Shown piece after piece: positions 31,774 to 41,736 of a stretch of 64,000 nucleotides of DNA. The stretch is from a virus: the IMG/VR virus record IMGVR_UViG_3300017565_000003. One strand, 5' to 3'. The notes under the pieces are model-generated. The model made no database searches. It worked only from the letters and a program-made list of their open reading frames with translations, and was not told the origin of the DNA. A program made the position numbers and the translations under genes. The number at the start of each line of letters is the position of its first letter. Position 1 is the stretch's first letter.

Positions 31774-32610
31774 ATGACATACGTAGACGATATTTTTATA
31801 CAGAATGCAGAAGAAATCTTGAACCAAGAATGGGAAGTTGATAACAGAGCTACATGGAAAGACGGTTCTCCTGTTAAGACTAAACGTATTCTACAAGTTG
31901 TAAATAAATATGATTTATCAAAAGGCTTACCTATTTCAACTTTACGTGACATTAATTATACAGCAGCTATAGATGAGATTGTTTGGATATATATGAAAAT
32001 GTCTAATAATATCAAGGATTTAAACTCTAAGATATGGAATTCATGGGCAAATGATAAAGGTGAAGTAGTTAAAGCATACGGACATCAAATAGCTAAACCT
32101 ACTATGGGACATCCATCACAAATACATTACGTATTACATGAGATTAAGAATAACCCTACTAGCAGACGTATCATGATGAATATGTTTAATGCTGAAGAAC
32201 AACATACTAAAGCAACTGAATCACTTGTAGAGTGCGCATATGCGACTCATTTTAGTGTTAAAGACGGTAAGTTACATATGACATTAATTCAAAGATCAGG
32301 CGATTTCTTGACAGCAGCAGGTGCTGGGGGGTGGAATTTGACGCAGTATTCAGCCATTTTATGTGCTATTGCAAAAGAATGCAATCTTCAACCTGGTATT
32401 CTTACTCATTTAGTACAGGATCTCCATATGTACAACAAACATGAGGCACAAGTATTAGAAATGATTAGGCGATATGAAGAGTTAGAAGATTATGACTTAC
32501 CTACATTAAAGATTGCCGATAAACCGTTCTTTGAGTTAACTGCTGAAGACTTTACATTAGAAGGATATAAGAATCATGGATCAATTGGGCGAATTGAGGT
32601 TGCCGTATAA
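31774..32610 (+). CDS. thyA: thymidylate synthase
   Basis: PTSRR, catalytic Cys, QRSGD..N, HMYNKH. Confidence 0.9.
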   Translation: MTYVDDIFIQNAEEILNQEWEVDNRATWKDGSPVKTKRILQVVNKYDLSKGLPISTLRDINYTAAIDEIVWIYMKMSNNIKDLNSKIWNSWANDKGEVVKAYGHQIAKPTMGHPSQIHYVLHEIKNNPTSRRIMMNMFNAEEQHTKATESLVECAYATHFSVKDGKLHMTLIQRSGDFLTAAGAGGWNLTQYSAILCAIAKECNLQPGILTHLVQDLHMYNKHEAQVLEMIRRYEELEDYDLPTLKIADKPFFELTAEDFTLEGYKNHGSIGRIEVAV

Positions 32611-33114
32611 ATGAGTATTAACTTAATAGCATGTATAGACAAGTCAAGAGGAATAGGTAGTAATGGTTCACTATTAACCAAGCCTCCATTAGACTTTAAA
32701 CACTTTAGAGAATTAACAATGGGAAATATAGTAGTATTTGGCAGATCAACATTTGAAGAGATAGGTAAGCCATTGCACGGAAGACACAGCATCGTCCTAA
32801 GTAAGCAGGATGATGTTAATCTACCTAATGGTGTATTTCACTATAAGTCAATAAATCAATTGCTAAAAGAATACTCCAACTATTCAGAGGAAAATGTAGA
32901 ATTGTTTATCTGTGGTGGAATGCAAGTTTATCGGGATCTATTACCGTATGCAAATAAGATATACTTAACTACAGTAGACAACGTATTTGAAAACTCTGAC
33001 CGTTTCTTTCCAGAGTTTTCAATTGATGATTGGAAAGTTGTATCTAATATTAAAAATAAAGCAACAGAAGAATATCCATATGATTATTACTTTGTAGAGT
33101 ATCATAGAAAATAA
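32611..33114 (+). CDS. dfrA: dihydrofolate reductase
   Basis: GIG..D..HF..LT, GRSTF, L.GR, ICGG..VY, DRFFP. Confidence 0.92.
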   Translation: MSINLIACIDKSRGIGSNGSLLTKPPLDFKHFRELTMGNIVVFGRSTFEEIGKPLHGRHSIVLSKQDDVNLPNGVFHYKSINQLLKEYSNYSEENVELFICGGMQVYRDLLPYANKIYLTTVDNVFENSDRFFPEFSIDDWKVVSNIKNKATEEYPYDYYFVEYHRK

Positions 33115-33167
33115 AAATAAATTTATCTAATAAAAGTATTTACATAAATAAATTTATCTATTATACT
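33115..33167 (+). promoter_or_regulatory. sigma-A promoter with two operators
   Basis: AAATAAATTTATCT at 33115 and 33146; TTTACA-17bp-TATACT. Confidence 0.85.
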
Positions 33168-33229
33168 TAGAGTAGTTAAAGGGTAGCACCTAAGACTACT
33201 CTTATTTTATTATAAAGGAGGAATTAGAT

Positions 33230-33904
33230 GTGGCAAGAAATAAACGTAGACTATCAAACAAAGAACTACGTAACTTACAGAAAATCGAGAAACTTTTAGA
33301 TAATCATTCTAAGGAGGTGAAAGAGAATAATCAACCGACTGTGCAACGCAAAGTTGAAATGAAAGCACGTGATCCATTTGCGACAATCAAGCTCAGTTCA
33401 CATGCGTACAAAAGAGCGAATGAGCGCTTCAATATGGATGAGAATAGAGCACCAGGTTACTTTAGAGACGTTTTAAGGAAAGCTAAAAGAATAGGGTTAC
33501 ATAAAGATAAATACGGCAATGATTCAGTTGTTTATGCGTATGGAAGGATAGCAGTATATGTTGAACCAGATTTATCAGAGATTAAGACAGTATTGAAGCA
33601 ACATTCCATAGTATACGAACCTATTAAGTCAACTGTAGCAGAATTACATGCTAAGGAACTGCGTAAAATTGAACGTACAGAAAGAGCAAGAATTAGAAAG
33701 TTAGAACAAGAGGAACTTAAAGCAAACGTTGAAATTGCTAGTGCAAAATTACGTATGCATAAAACACGATCTGAATCAGTTAGAATGGCTTGTCAGGCAC
33801 ATATTAATGGAATCGAGCAATACATAGAACAGTTGAAAAGTGAAATAACTGAGATCCAAGCAAGTAAGAGACAACTATGCAAAAGCATGGTAGCAGTGGT
33901 TTAA
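33230..33904 (+). CDS. hypothetical basic/coiled-coil protein
   Basis: RBS AAAGGAGG, GTG start, 224 aa. Confidence 0.65.
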   Translation: MARNKRRLSNKELRNLQKIEKLLDNHSKEVKENNQPTVQRKVEMKARDPFATIKLSSHAYKRANERFNMDENRAPGYFRDVLRKAKRIGLHKDKYGNDSVVYAYGRIAVYVEPDLSEIKTVLKQHSIVYEPIKSTVAELHAKELRKIERTERARIRKLEQEELKANVEIASAKLRMHKTRSESVRMACQAHINGIEQYIEQLKSEITEIQASKRQLCKSMVAVV

Positions 33905-33936
33905 TATAAATAAACTAAACAATACATAACTAGGAG

Positions 33937-34134
33937 ATGAATAGAATGGTAAATAAAAATATTCAATTAGACGGTAACAAGGTGATCAATCGTATTAACT
34001 CAAGAATTAACGCATTGCAGAATCTAATCAGTATGGATATTACTGAATCACCTGAGTTAAAGATTAAAGTTAAAGAGTTGATTAGTATGAGAGATGAAAT
34101 TTTAGCCGGAGAGTTTAATATCTCAATATGGTAA
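33937..34134 (+). CDS. small hypothetical protein
   Basis: RBS AGGAG; 65 aa. Confidence 0.5.
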   Translation: MNRMVNKNIQLDGNKVINRINSRINALQNLISMDITESPELKIKVKELISMRDEILAGEFNISIW

Positions 34135-34164
34135 AAGGAGCAGCAAACGCCACTCCTTAGCAAA

Positions 34165-34362
34165 TTAGAATCTACCCATTGATTGTTGAGCCATTTGAAC
34201 AAGACGTTTTGTGATTTCTCCACCAACTGAACCATTTGCACGAGATGTTGTTTCAGCACCAAGACGTACGCCAAACTCTTGTGTAATTTCAAGCTTCATT
34301 TGATTAATAGCTTGTTGAGCACCATTAACTACTAGTTGATTGCCATTGTTGTTACGTGCCAT
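34165..34362 (-). CDS. alpha/beta-type small acid-soluble spore protein (SspC-like)
   Basis: [30 protein letters not shown]. Confidence 0.96.
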   Translation of the reverse strand: MARNNNGNQLVVNGAQQAINQMKLEITQEFGVRLGAETTSRANGSVGGEITKRLVQMAQQSMGRF

Positions 34363-34418
34363 TAAAAAAACAACTCCTTTTGATTATTAGAATTGGATTA
34401 TTGCTTGTTCCTTAATGG

Positions 34419-34448
34419 TAGTTTGGATTATTAGTTGGTGAATATACA
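34419..34448 (-). promoter_or_regulatory. sigma-G-type promoter of the SASP gene
   Basis: Minus strand TGTATA-17bp-CAAACTA. Confidence 0.65.
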
Positions 34449-34513
34449 TGTAAATTATGGAAAGTGATAAAGCATGTGTTTTATTTAAATAAATTAGAGG
34501 AGGAGAAAAGAAG

Positions 34514-35749
34514 ATGTATGATTGGAATCCAGTTTATAATTTAGTTATAGAGATTAAAAATGAATATAAAGAAAAGTTTGGCTTAGACACATTGCACTTT
34601 GAGACTTGGTTGAGTAAATTGAATAAAGATAAATATAACGATATTTTTGAATGCTTGCAAATTAACCAGTTTAACGAATTTATATTAATTAGGTACGGTC
34701 TAGCTGAAATGCAAGAAGGCATGTGGCTAGACCCTAATTCAATCTATAGAGAATGTAGAAGTATTGTAATTGACTTAAAAGAAGAAGAACTTGTTCTAAC
34801 CCCTTTTAGAAAATTCTTTAATTTAAATGAAGTAGAGGAAAATAAATTGGAAGTAGTTGAAGAGAAATTTATTAATTCATCAAATGTTGAAATTGCCAAT
34901 AAACTCGATGGATCAATGCAAAACGCTAGATGGTATAAAGGTAGAGTTTTTACGTCAGGTAGTATGGCGTTAGATCCGAATGAATCATGGAGATTAGAAG
35001 AAGGTTATTCAATGCTAGATGATCTATATGTAAAAATGATTAAAGAGCATCCGCAATTCACATTTATCTTTGAATACATATCATTAAAAGATGCACATGT
35101 AGTCTTATATAGCAATAAAGACGAGGGAATGCATTTAATCGGAATTAGAAATAGCTGTACTGGGGAACAATTGCCTTATTCGAAAGTAATTGAAATTGCT
35201 AACAAATACAGTATTAAAGTAGTTAATTTAGAAAATAAAACGTTGCAGCAACTACTGGACGAGATGAAGGAATTCCAATCACATGAGAAAGAGGGATGGG
35301 TTTTAAATATCGATGGTCATTATATTAAACTAAAATGTGATGATTATGTGAGCATTCATAGACTATTAGATAAAGTTTCTTCTGTGAATGTAATTATTGA
35401 GTCCATTGCTGACGATAAATTTGATGACTTAATTTCAAAAATACCTGATAAATATAAAGAAAGAGTTAACAACATTGCAGGTTTAATTTTTGACTACCTT
35501 AAGAAAACGAGCATTAAAATTAAAGAACTATATGAACAAGCACCAAAAGATAATAGAAAAGATTTTATGATTTGGGTTGAAAATAATGTTCCTCATGAAA
35601 TTAAGCATTATTTAAGAAATGAGTATCTAAGGAAGGAATATAACTTACTTAAAAAAGGACTCTTAGGTTATAAGAGAATGTCTGATTTAGGTTATGCTGA
35701 GTCATACTCTGTATTATTTACAAGCGTAGGAGGGGAGTTAAATGAGTAA
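34514..35749 (+). CDS. T4 Rnl1-like RNA ligase
   Basis: RECR, PFRKFFNLNE, KLDGS (motif I), FEY, EGWV, KLK. Confidence 0.88.
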   Translation: MYDWNPVYNLVIEIKNEYKEKFGLDTLHFETWLSKLNKDKYNDIFECLQINQFNEFILIRYGLAEMQEGMWLDPNSIYRECRSIVIDLKEEELVLTPFRKFFNLNEVEENKLEVVEEKFINSSNVEIANKLDGSMQNARWYKGRVFTSGSMALDPNESWRLEEGYSMLDDLYVKMIKEHPQFTFIFEYISLKDAHVVLYSNKDEGMHLIGIRNSCTGEQLPYSKVIEIANKYSIKVVNLENKTLQQLLDEMKEFQSHEKEGWVLNIDGHYIKLKCDDYVSIHRLLDKVSSVNVIIESIADDKFDDLISKIPDKYKERVNNIAGLIFDYLKKTSIKIKELYEQAPKDNRKDFMIWVENNVPHEIKHYLRNEYLRKEYNLLKKGLLGYKRMSDLGYAESYSVLFTSVGGELNE

Positions 35750-36560
35750 TTTACTAGAATGTTTAAATAAACAAAAACAAATCTTAGAGTCACAAGGATA
35801 TTCAGTTGCATATATCTGCATTTACGGATCACAAAATTATGGATTAGATATTAGCACTGAAGAATATAAGTCAGATATTGATATGAAAGCAATTGTTGTT
35901 CCAAGTTTAGATGACCTGGTTAGAAACAGTAAACCAGTATCGACTACAATTGAAACTGAATGGGGGCAATGTGACTTAAAAGACATTCGACCTTATTTTC
36001 AAACATTGCTTAAAGCTAATCCTGCATATATTGAAACATTGTTTACTGAGTACCATGCCGTAGACGATAAATTCAAAGGTGAATTTGAACATATTTTCAA
36101 TTTAAGGGAGAAATTAGTCAGTACATTATCAGCACAATTCATTAGATCCATGTATGGAATGATGTGTGAGAAATCAAAAGCCTTATGCCATCCATATCCT
36201 ACTATTGCACATAAGATTGAGAAGTATGGTTACGATGGTAAACAACTTCATCATATTTATAGACTGTGGTTAATGATGAACGATTACTTTAAGCATGAGT
36301 TGTCTTTGGAGATGTGCTTCTATCCATCGTCACAATTTGATGTAGATACTTTAATCGATTTCAAGTTAAACAAGCCAACATTAGATGAAGCTAAATTAAT
36401 CTCAGATGAAATTTTAACCAAAGCTAAAGAATTTAAAGATTCAGTGTTAAATGGTATCGATGAAGGAAAATTAGATTATTCAATTAAAGATGATTTCATT
36501 AGACTTTCACAAGATATCATAAAGAATAAAATTATTGAGGAAATTAAAGGAGGTATTTAA
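35742..36560 (+). CDS. Pol-beta-superfamily nucleotidyltransferase (RlaP/YcgL-like)
   Basis: YGSQNYG...SDID; K.NP..IE.LF; YD.K.L.H..RL. Confidence 0.78.
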   Translation: MSNLLECLNKQKQILESQGYSVAYICIYGSQNYGLDISTEEYKSDIDMKAIVVPSLDDLVRNSKPVSTTIETEWGQCDLKDIRPYFQTLLKANPAYIETLFTEYHAVDDKFKGEFEHIFNLREKLVSTLSAQFIRSMYGMMCEKSKALCHPYPTIAHKIEKYGYDGKQLHHIYRLWLMMNDYFKHELSLEMCFYPSSQFDVDTLIDFKLNKPTLDEAKLISDEILTKAKEFKDSVLNGIDEGKLDYSIKDDFIRLSQDIIKNKIIEEIKGGI

Positions 36561-37543
36561 TGAGTAAATTAATTGTGCTATGTGGCTTACCTGCTAGTGG
36601 TAAATCGACTTTATCTCAAGATTTAAAAAAGAAATATAATGCGATTGTTTTATCATCAGATGAATTGCGGTCTGAATTATTAGGAGACGCAAACAGACAA
36701 GATCAAAACACAAATGTATTTGAAGAGATGAATAAACGAGCTAAACAATATTTAGAATCAGGAACAAATGTTATATATGATGCTACAAACATTAACAGAA
36801 AAAGACGTATTCACTTAATTGAAAATGAACTTAAAGCAGATGAATATCATATTTATTATGTTAATACTCCTATGTCAAAGTGCGTTTGTAATGATATGGT
36901 TAGAGAACGTAAAGTTGGGTTTGAACCAATTGATAGAATGTATAAAAATTTACATATTCCTACTGTTCTAGAGGGGTGGAATAAAGTTATTTTTGTTAAT
37001 CAAGATTATGTTTTAGAGTCGTTTAACAAGGAAATGTTCGAATATATTTTAAGCAACAATGAACCAGAACATGACGATTTATTTACTGAGTTGGGAAAGT
37101 TATTTAGTGAATTTACAGAGGTTCATGATGTTCCACAAGATTCATCATATCATTCTTTTTCGATTAGTAGGCACATTTACTATACATATAAGTACATATT
37201 AGAAAATTACAAAGGTAATAGATTATTAGAAATGAAGGTTGCTGCATTGTTCCATGACTTAGGCAAAGGTTACTGTAAGACATTTTACAACCATAAAGGT
37301 GAAGAAAAAAGATACGCAAGCTTTATTGGTCATGAGAATGTATCCGCACAATTAGCATCTGTTTATTTGAGTCAATTAGGCTATGAAGATTCATTTATTA
37401 AATATGTTGTTGATCTAATTCAGTTTCACATGACACCGATGAATATGAGTGAGAAACAAGAGAAGAAGTTGAGAGGATTATTAACCGAGGAACAGTATGA
37501 GGATTTAATGTTTTTGCATGAAGCAGATTTGAGTGCTAAGTGA
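36560..37543 (+). CDS. polynucleotide kinase (AAA_33) fused to HD phosphohydrolase
   Basis: GLPASGKST, SSDELR, DATN; H..HDLGK..GHE..SA..H..D. Confidence 0.88.
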   Translation: MSKLIVLCGLPASGKSTLSQDLKKKYNAIVLSSDELRSELLGDANRQDQNTNVFEEMNKRAKQYLESGTNVIYDATNINRKRRIHLIENELKADEYHIYYVNTPMSKCVCNDMVRERKVGFEPIDRMYKNLHIPTVLEGWNKVIFVNQDYVLESFNKEMFEYILSNNEPEHDDLFTELGKLFSEFTEVHDVPQDSSYHSFSISRHIYYTYKYILENYKGNRLLEMKVAALFHDLGKGYCKTFYNHKGEEKRYASFIGHENVSAQLASVYLSQLGYEDSFIKYVVDLIQFHMTPMNMSEKQEKKLRGLLTEEQYEDLMFLHEADLSAK

Positions 37544-37577
37544 TATAAGAAAACTAAACTATTTTAGAGGTGATTGG

Positions 37578-38144
37578 TTGGCTAACGAATTAAAACTAAC
37601 AGTACAGGGTATTCCTCCATCAGTTAACCATTATATGGGATACAGAGGAGTTAGAAAAGGTAATTCTTGTATGGTTATGGCTTATACAAAGCCTGAAGCT
37701 AATAAATTTAAGAAAGAATTTTCTACATATGCAAAAGAACAAGTTAAGCTGCAAAGTTGGGACATAGAGAATACAAGAGACATTCATCATTATGTAGACT
37801 GTGTGTTTTACTTTGACCGAACAGATAAAGATGAGCAAAACTATATGAAGGTTCTCTGTGACACATTAAACGGAATAGCATACATAGATGATAAGAAAGT
37901 ATTAACCAGGACACACGAAGTTTATTACGACTCAGATAATCCAAGAATTGAAATTACGATTAAGCCTGTTAAATACAGAGGAATATTTGAATCAGAAATA
38001 CATATGAACGAGTTTGAAGAAAAGTGTAAAACGTGCAAGAGGTATAAGAGAAATTGTTCAATATTGAAGAAGGCCAAAGAGGGTAGAGTGCAGGAAGAAA
38101 TTGATGAGGAATTTATTTGTGGGAAGTTTAGTGAGGTTAAGTAG
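37578..38144 (+). CDS. RusA-like Holliday junction resolvase
   Basis: PPSVNHY; DEQNYMKVLCDTL..IDD..PRIEI. Confidence 0.82.
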   Translation: MANELKLTVQGIPPSVNHYMGYRGVRKGNSCMVMAYTKPEANKFKKEFSTYAKEQVKLQSWDIENTRDIHHYVDCVFYFDRTDKDEQNYMKVLCDTLNGIAYIDDKKVLTRTHEVYYDSDNPRIEITIKPVKYRGIFESEIHMNEFEEKCKTCKRYKRNCSILKKAKEGRVQEEIDEEFICGKFSEVK

Positions 38145-38279
38145 GTATATATATAATAAGGAAGTTATTTGATTTTCACATAATATTTATATAAGTAAAC
38201 TAAATTATTTATATTAACTTGATAAAATAGTTATAGGACGAGTTTACAATTGCATATATACATAATGAGGTGGATGGGG

Positions 38280-38468
38280 ATGAACAACGAAGAGGGGAAT
38301 CAGAAGGAGTTTGTGACGGTTCAAGGCAAGGAGTATGAAGTATTTAAAGAAATAAAGAAAAAAAGATACTCGATTAAATTTGTAAAACAAGAAAATTTAA
38401 ATAAAAACATTGATGAATACATTAGAATTGTTGCACAATTACTGTATGAGGATGCTTTAAGTTCTTGA
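38280..38468 (+). CDS. SprB-like recombination directionality factor (positional)
   Basis: 62 aa; last early gene before the att-like IR and the convergent serine recombinase. Confidence 0.5.
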   Translation: MNNEEGNQKEFVTVQGKEYEVFKEIKKKRYSIKFVKQENLNKNIDEYIRIVAQLLYEDALSS

Positions 38469-38494
38469 CCTCATGCAGTTTCTTTTCGATTATG

Positions 38495-38550
38495 TTTTGT
38501 AGTGATGATAAAGAAACCGATTCATGAGTATTTTGATCATCACTACAAAA
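38495..38550. other. attP-like site
   Basis: Perfect 15-bp IR TTTTGTAGTGATGAT/ATCATCACTACAAAA around a 26-bp core, next to the recombinase stop. Confidence 0.75.
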
Positions 38551-38566
38551 GAAAAACCCTTTGATA

Positions 38567-40183
38567 TCAAGGGTTGATGATTAAATCATATCTTAAAAGA
38601 GGTACAATATAAAATTCCGCAGGGGTTCTTCCTCTACCCTTTTTAGTTACTGTAACAGATACTTCTTCAAAAGTAGATCTTAATAATTTATTTTTTCTCT
38701 CCTTACTTTTTAGCCTTGTGTAACTGTCTAATACGTTTTTTATATGTGTACGTATTTTATCAATTGAAACTTGCTCATCCTCTAATTCAGGTGTCTCTAA
38801 ATGATCCATTGATAATTTCAATTCTTGTTGTTCTTTATCTAAGGCTGATTTCCGTTCAATAAACATTTCATCAGTGTAAATACCCAATTCATATTTTTCA
38901 TAAATAAAGTTCAATCTGTCCTTGATTTCTTTCTCTTTATTCTTTATTTGCTCTAACATTTGCTCTTTAGATTGCGAATTAGAATTTTCCTTTTTCCTTT
39001 TAACAATATCTAATAAATATTCTTTAAGATCCAAATCATCCATATCACGAATCTCCTTTAAAGCATCAAGGACAGCATCTTCAACATCTCTATATTTAAC
39101 ACTCATACAATTGCCTCTAAGGCACTTAAGAAATTCTTTATAATAAATTACTTCACTGTCATCTTTACGCTTATATTTCTGTCTCTGAGCATTACGAATT
39201 AGTTTTCCCCCACATACTGAACAAGTACAGACAGATGCTAGCTCATTTGGTGCAAAATCTAATGGGTTATGGGGGAGGGAAAGCTTATTCTTAATCTTAT
39301 CTTGCACCTTTTCCCAATAATCTTTTTCAATAATTGGTTCGTGTGCATCCTCTACATATATATGTTCAGACTTAGGTCGTTCAATACGCTTACCTTCTTT
39401 GTTTCGTTCATGTGTACGATACTTAATTACACCTTTGTACAAGTCATTCGTGAGTATTTTCTTAACTTGAGTATAACTCCATACCTTTTTACCTTTAGCA
39501 GTCTTAATACCTATGTTAGATAGGTGAGTAGCAATTGCTTGATAACTTACTTCCTGTCCATTTAAACCGGTCATGAACAAGTCATAAATTAATCTAATTG
39601 TCTTTGCCTCATCCTCATTGATTTCTAATCTTTGAGTTTTTTTATTGTAAGAGTATCCAATTGGTGTCGCCCCCGACATCCACTTGCCTTGTGAGCTATA
39701 TAAAGCTCTTGCACCAACCATACGTTCCTTTATCATTTCATACTCTTCACGAGCCAAGAACAACTCGAAACGAATAGACCTATGATCATTTGTATTTCTA
39801 ATATCATATATTCTCGTAGGAGTAATAACTAATAAGCGATTATCTCTGAGAAGGTTGATAACTCTGTCTGCATCCCCCATATTACCCCTCGACAAACGAG
39901 AGAGTTCTTTGACTGCTATTGCTTGGAACTTACCTGATTCTAACTCACCAATAGCTTGTTGAAAAATCGGCCTGCCTGAAATTGAGTCGCCCGAACCTAT
40001 TTCTTGGTATAGTTCATATGGTGTTTCTAGATTATCAAGTGTACCAGTCATTAGAGTCTTCTGTTCACTTAAAGTATCCTCACCTGTACGCTTCTCTCGT
40101 TCTATATCTTGACGAGACTTACGAATATATCCCAGCACTTTTGTTACTCCATGTGCTTTTACTATGTCTTTTAGATTAAACAA
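38567..40183 (-). CDS. large serine recombinase (SprA-like integrase)
   Basis: YIRKS catalytic Ser, SRLSR, recombinase domain, CSVCG Zn ribbon, coiled coil; RBS AAGGAGTGA + TTG at 40183. Confidence 0.93.
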   Translation of the reverse strand: MFNLKDIVKAHGVTKVLGYIRKSRQDIEREKRTGEDTLSEQKTLMTGTLDNLETPYELYQEIGSGDSISGRPIFQQAIGELESGKFQAIAVKELSRLSRGNMGDADRVINLLRDNRLLVITPTRIYDIRNTNDHRSIRFELFLAREEYEMIKERMVGARALYSSQGKWMSGATPIGYSYNKKTQRLEINEDEAKTIRLIYDLFMTGLNGQEVSYQAIATHLSNIGIKTAKGKKVWSYTQVKKILTNDLYKGVIKYRTHERNKEGKRIERPKSEHIYVEDAHEPIIEKDYWEKVQDKIKNKLSLPHNPLDFAPNELASVCTCSVCGGKLIRNAQRQKYKRKDDSEVIYYKEFLKCLRGNCMSVKYRDVEDAVLDALKEIRDMDDLDLKEYLLDIVKRKKENSNSQSKEQMLEQIKNKEKEIKDRLNFIYEKYELGIYTDEMFIERKSALDKEQQELKLSMDHLETPELEDEQVSIDKIRTHIKNVLDSYTRLKSKERKNKLLRSTFEEVSVTVTKKGRGRTPAEFYIVPLLRYDLIINP

Positions 40184-40657
40184 ACTATCACTCCTTTTGC
40201 GAATGCTAATAATTATGTCAGATAATAAATTATTATATTTCACATTAGCAAAAGTATCAATGATTTTATTTGTGTTTATTAGATAAATTTAATTATGAAT
40301 AGTTTAGTGTGATAAAGGGAGGGAGAAGTGAAGGGAGTTGAAGGAAGTTATACGGTAGGGGAGAGGTGATAATATAATTATGTAAAGTAGATAATTCCAA
40401 GTGGATAAACGCCAGTTTAGACGCTTGACCAAGCATTTAGACGCTCTTGTTCTTTGTCTTAAATGTGCGGTAGGATGTTTTGTTGAGGGTTATAATTGGG
40501 GAAAGCTCAGTTTACAAAGAACGTAAACTTCACCTTGCATTTCCCCAAACCCCATTGCACATAGACTTTTAATAATTGATAAAAAATTGCGGTTTCAATC
40601 TACTAGTATGTACTATAAGGTTTATATAATAGAAGAGAGAAACCGCAAAATTTTAAT

Positions 40658-41710
40658 TTAGCTGAGAAGTTTATCTAATTCATCTATTAATTCAGGTGAA
40701 AATATTTCTTCTTCAAGTTGGACGTTTCTAATTTGGAATAACATGTTAGGAGTATTTATATCGATTAGGAGGTCAGCCAATTGTTCGAAGTTGTCTAAGT
40801 AGGATTTTGTCATTCTAACTTTTCCCATTTTTCTTGAAGTAAATGCATTTTCATGTCTCTTTTGTGCATTAGATAAGAGGTTGGTGTATATTAGTTGATT
40901 TAATTCTTCTTTTGACTCTTTACGTTTTACTTGTTCAAGAAGTAAATTAACTAACTCATTTCGTTCTTCAATTATATATTTAGCATTGATTGTTATATCA
41001 TAAGCAGTGTAATAAAAATCAATATCTGTTTGATCTTGTAGGAGTATTTTAGTTTTTGCTCTAAATTTCTTCCAGTCTTTAGACACTCTAACATCTGATA
41101 TTTTCTTATAGCCTAATTGCTCAAGTATTTCTTTTTCGATTTCCATAATCAATTCTAGTTCATCACTTGTCGCTGTTCTTGTTGAAATGTTATCTTTATC
41201 AGATACCTTAATTATCTTATTGTACATGATGACACGCTTATCCATAAGCGAATTTAATGCAGTCTCAACTATACTTTTAAAGCTGCTAGTACTTGTATTA
41301 TAAAAGTCATAAATGACTCGTTCTTCAATTTCAGTGTATTTGGAAAGTTTCTGTATAAGTTCTCTACACTCACTGTAATTGCAATTTACCATGCCAATAG
41401 TTAACATTAATTTACTTCTGCTTATAGAGACATGACCTTCACATCGAGCAAGTAGATCAGTTATTAATAACTGGACGAGGTTTCCATAAATACTATTCTT
41501 ACCTCTGTTATCAATCTTTGGTAGGGGAGTGGCATAAACCTCTTCAATGTAAAATTTATGTCCCATTTTATTATATTTACAGTATCTTGCTAATTCTTTA
41601 AACTGAGCTTCTTTTACATCTTTGCCGTTTTTAACTTCCCATCCTAATTCATTGCACAACACCTTATAATTTTTAAATGTTACACCTGGTTTTAATACTT
41701 CGACTTTCAT
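40658..41710 (-). CDS. hypothetical phage protein, possibly DNA-binding/Rep-like
   Basis: 350-aa basic ORF with RBS GGAGG; downstream IR. Confidence 0.6.
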   Translation of the reverse strand: MKVEVLKPGVTFKNYKVLCNELGWEVKNGKDVKEAQFKELARYCKYNKMGHKFYIEEVYATPLPKIDNRGKNSIYGNLVQLLITDLLARCEGHVSISRSKLMLTIGMVNCNYSECRELIQKLSKYTEIEERVIYDFYNTSTSSFKSIVETALNSLMDKRVIMYNKIIKVSDKDNISTRTATSDELELIMEIEKEILEQLGYKKISDVRVSKDWKKFRAKTKILLQDQTDIDFYYTAYDITINAKYIIEERNELVNLLLEQVKRKESKEELNQLIYTNLLSNAQKRHENAFTSRKMGKVRMTKSYLDNFEQLADLLIDINTPNMLFQIRNVQLEEEIFSPELIDELDKLLS

Positions 41711-41736
41711 AGTTAATACCTCCGAATTTAATAAGC

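Noticed and set aside
31774-32610. ThyA as a base-modifying hydroxymethylase (EC instead of PC)
   Set aside because: The dUMP-specifying Asn is retained, DHFR is adjacent and no hypermodification genes are present
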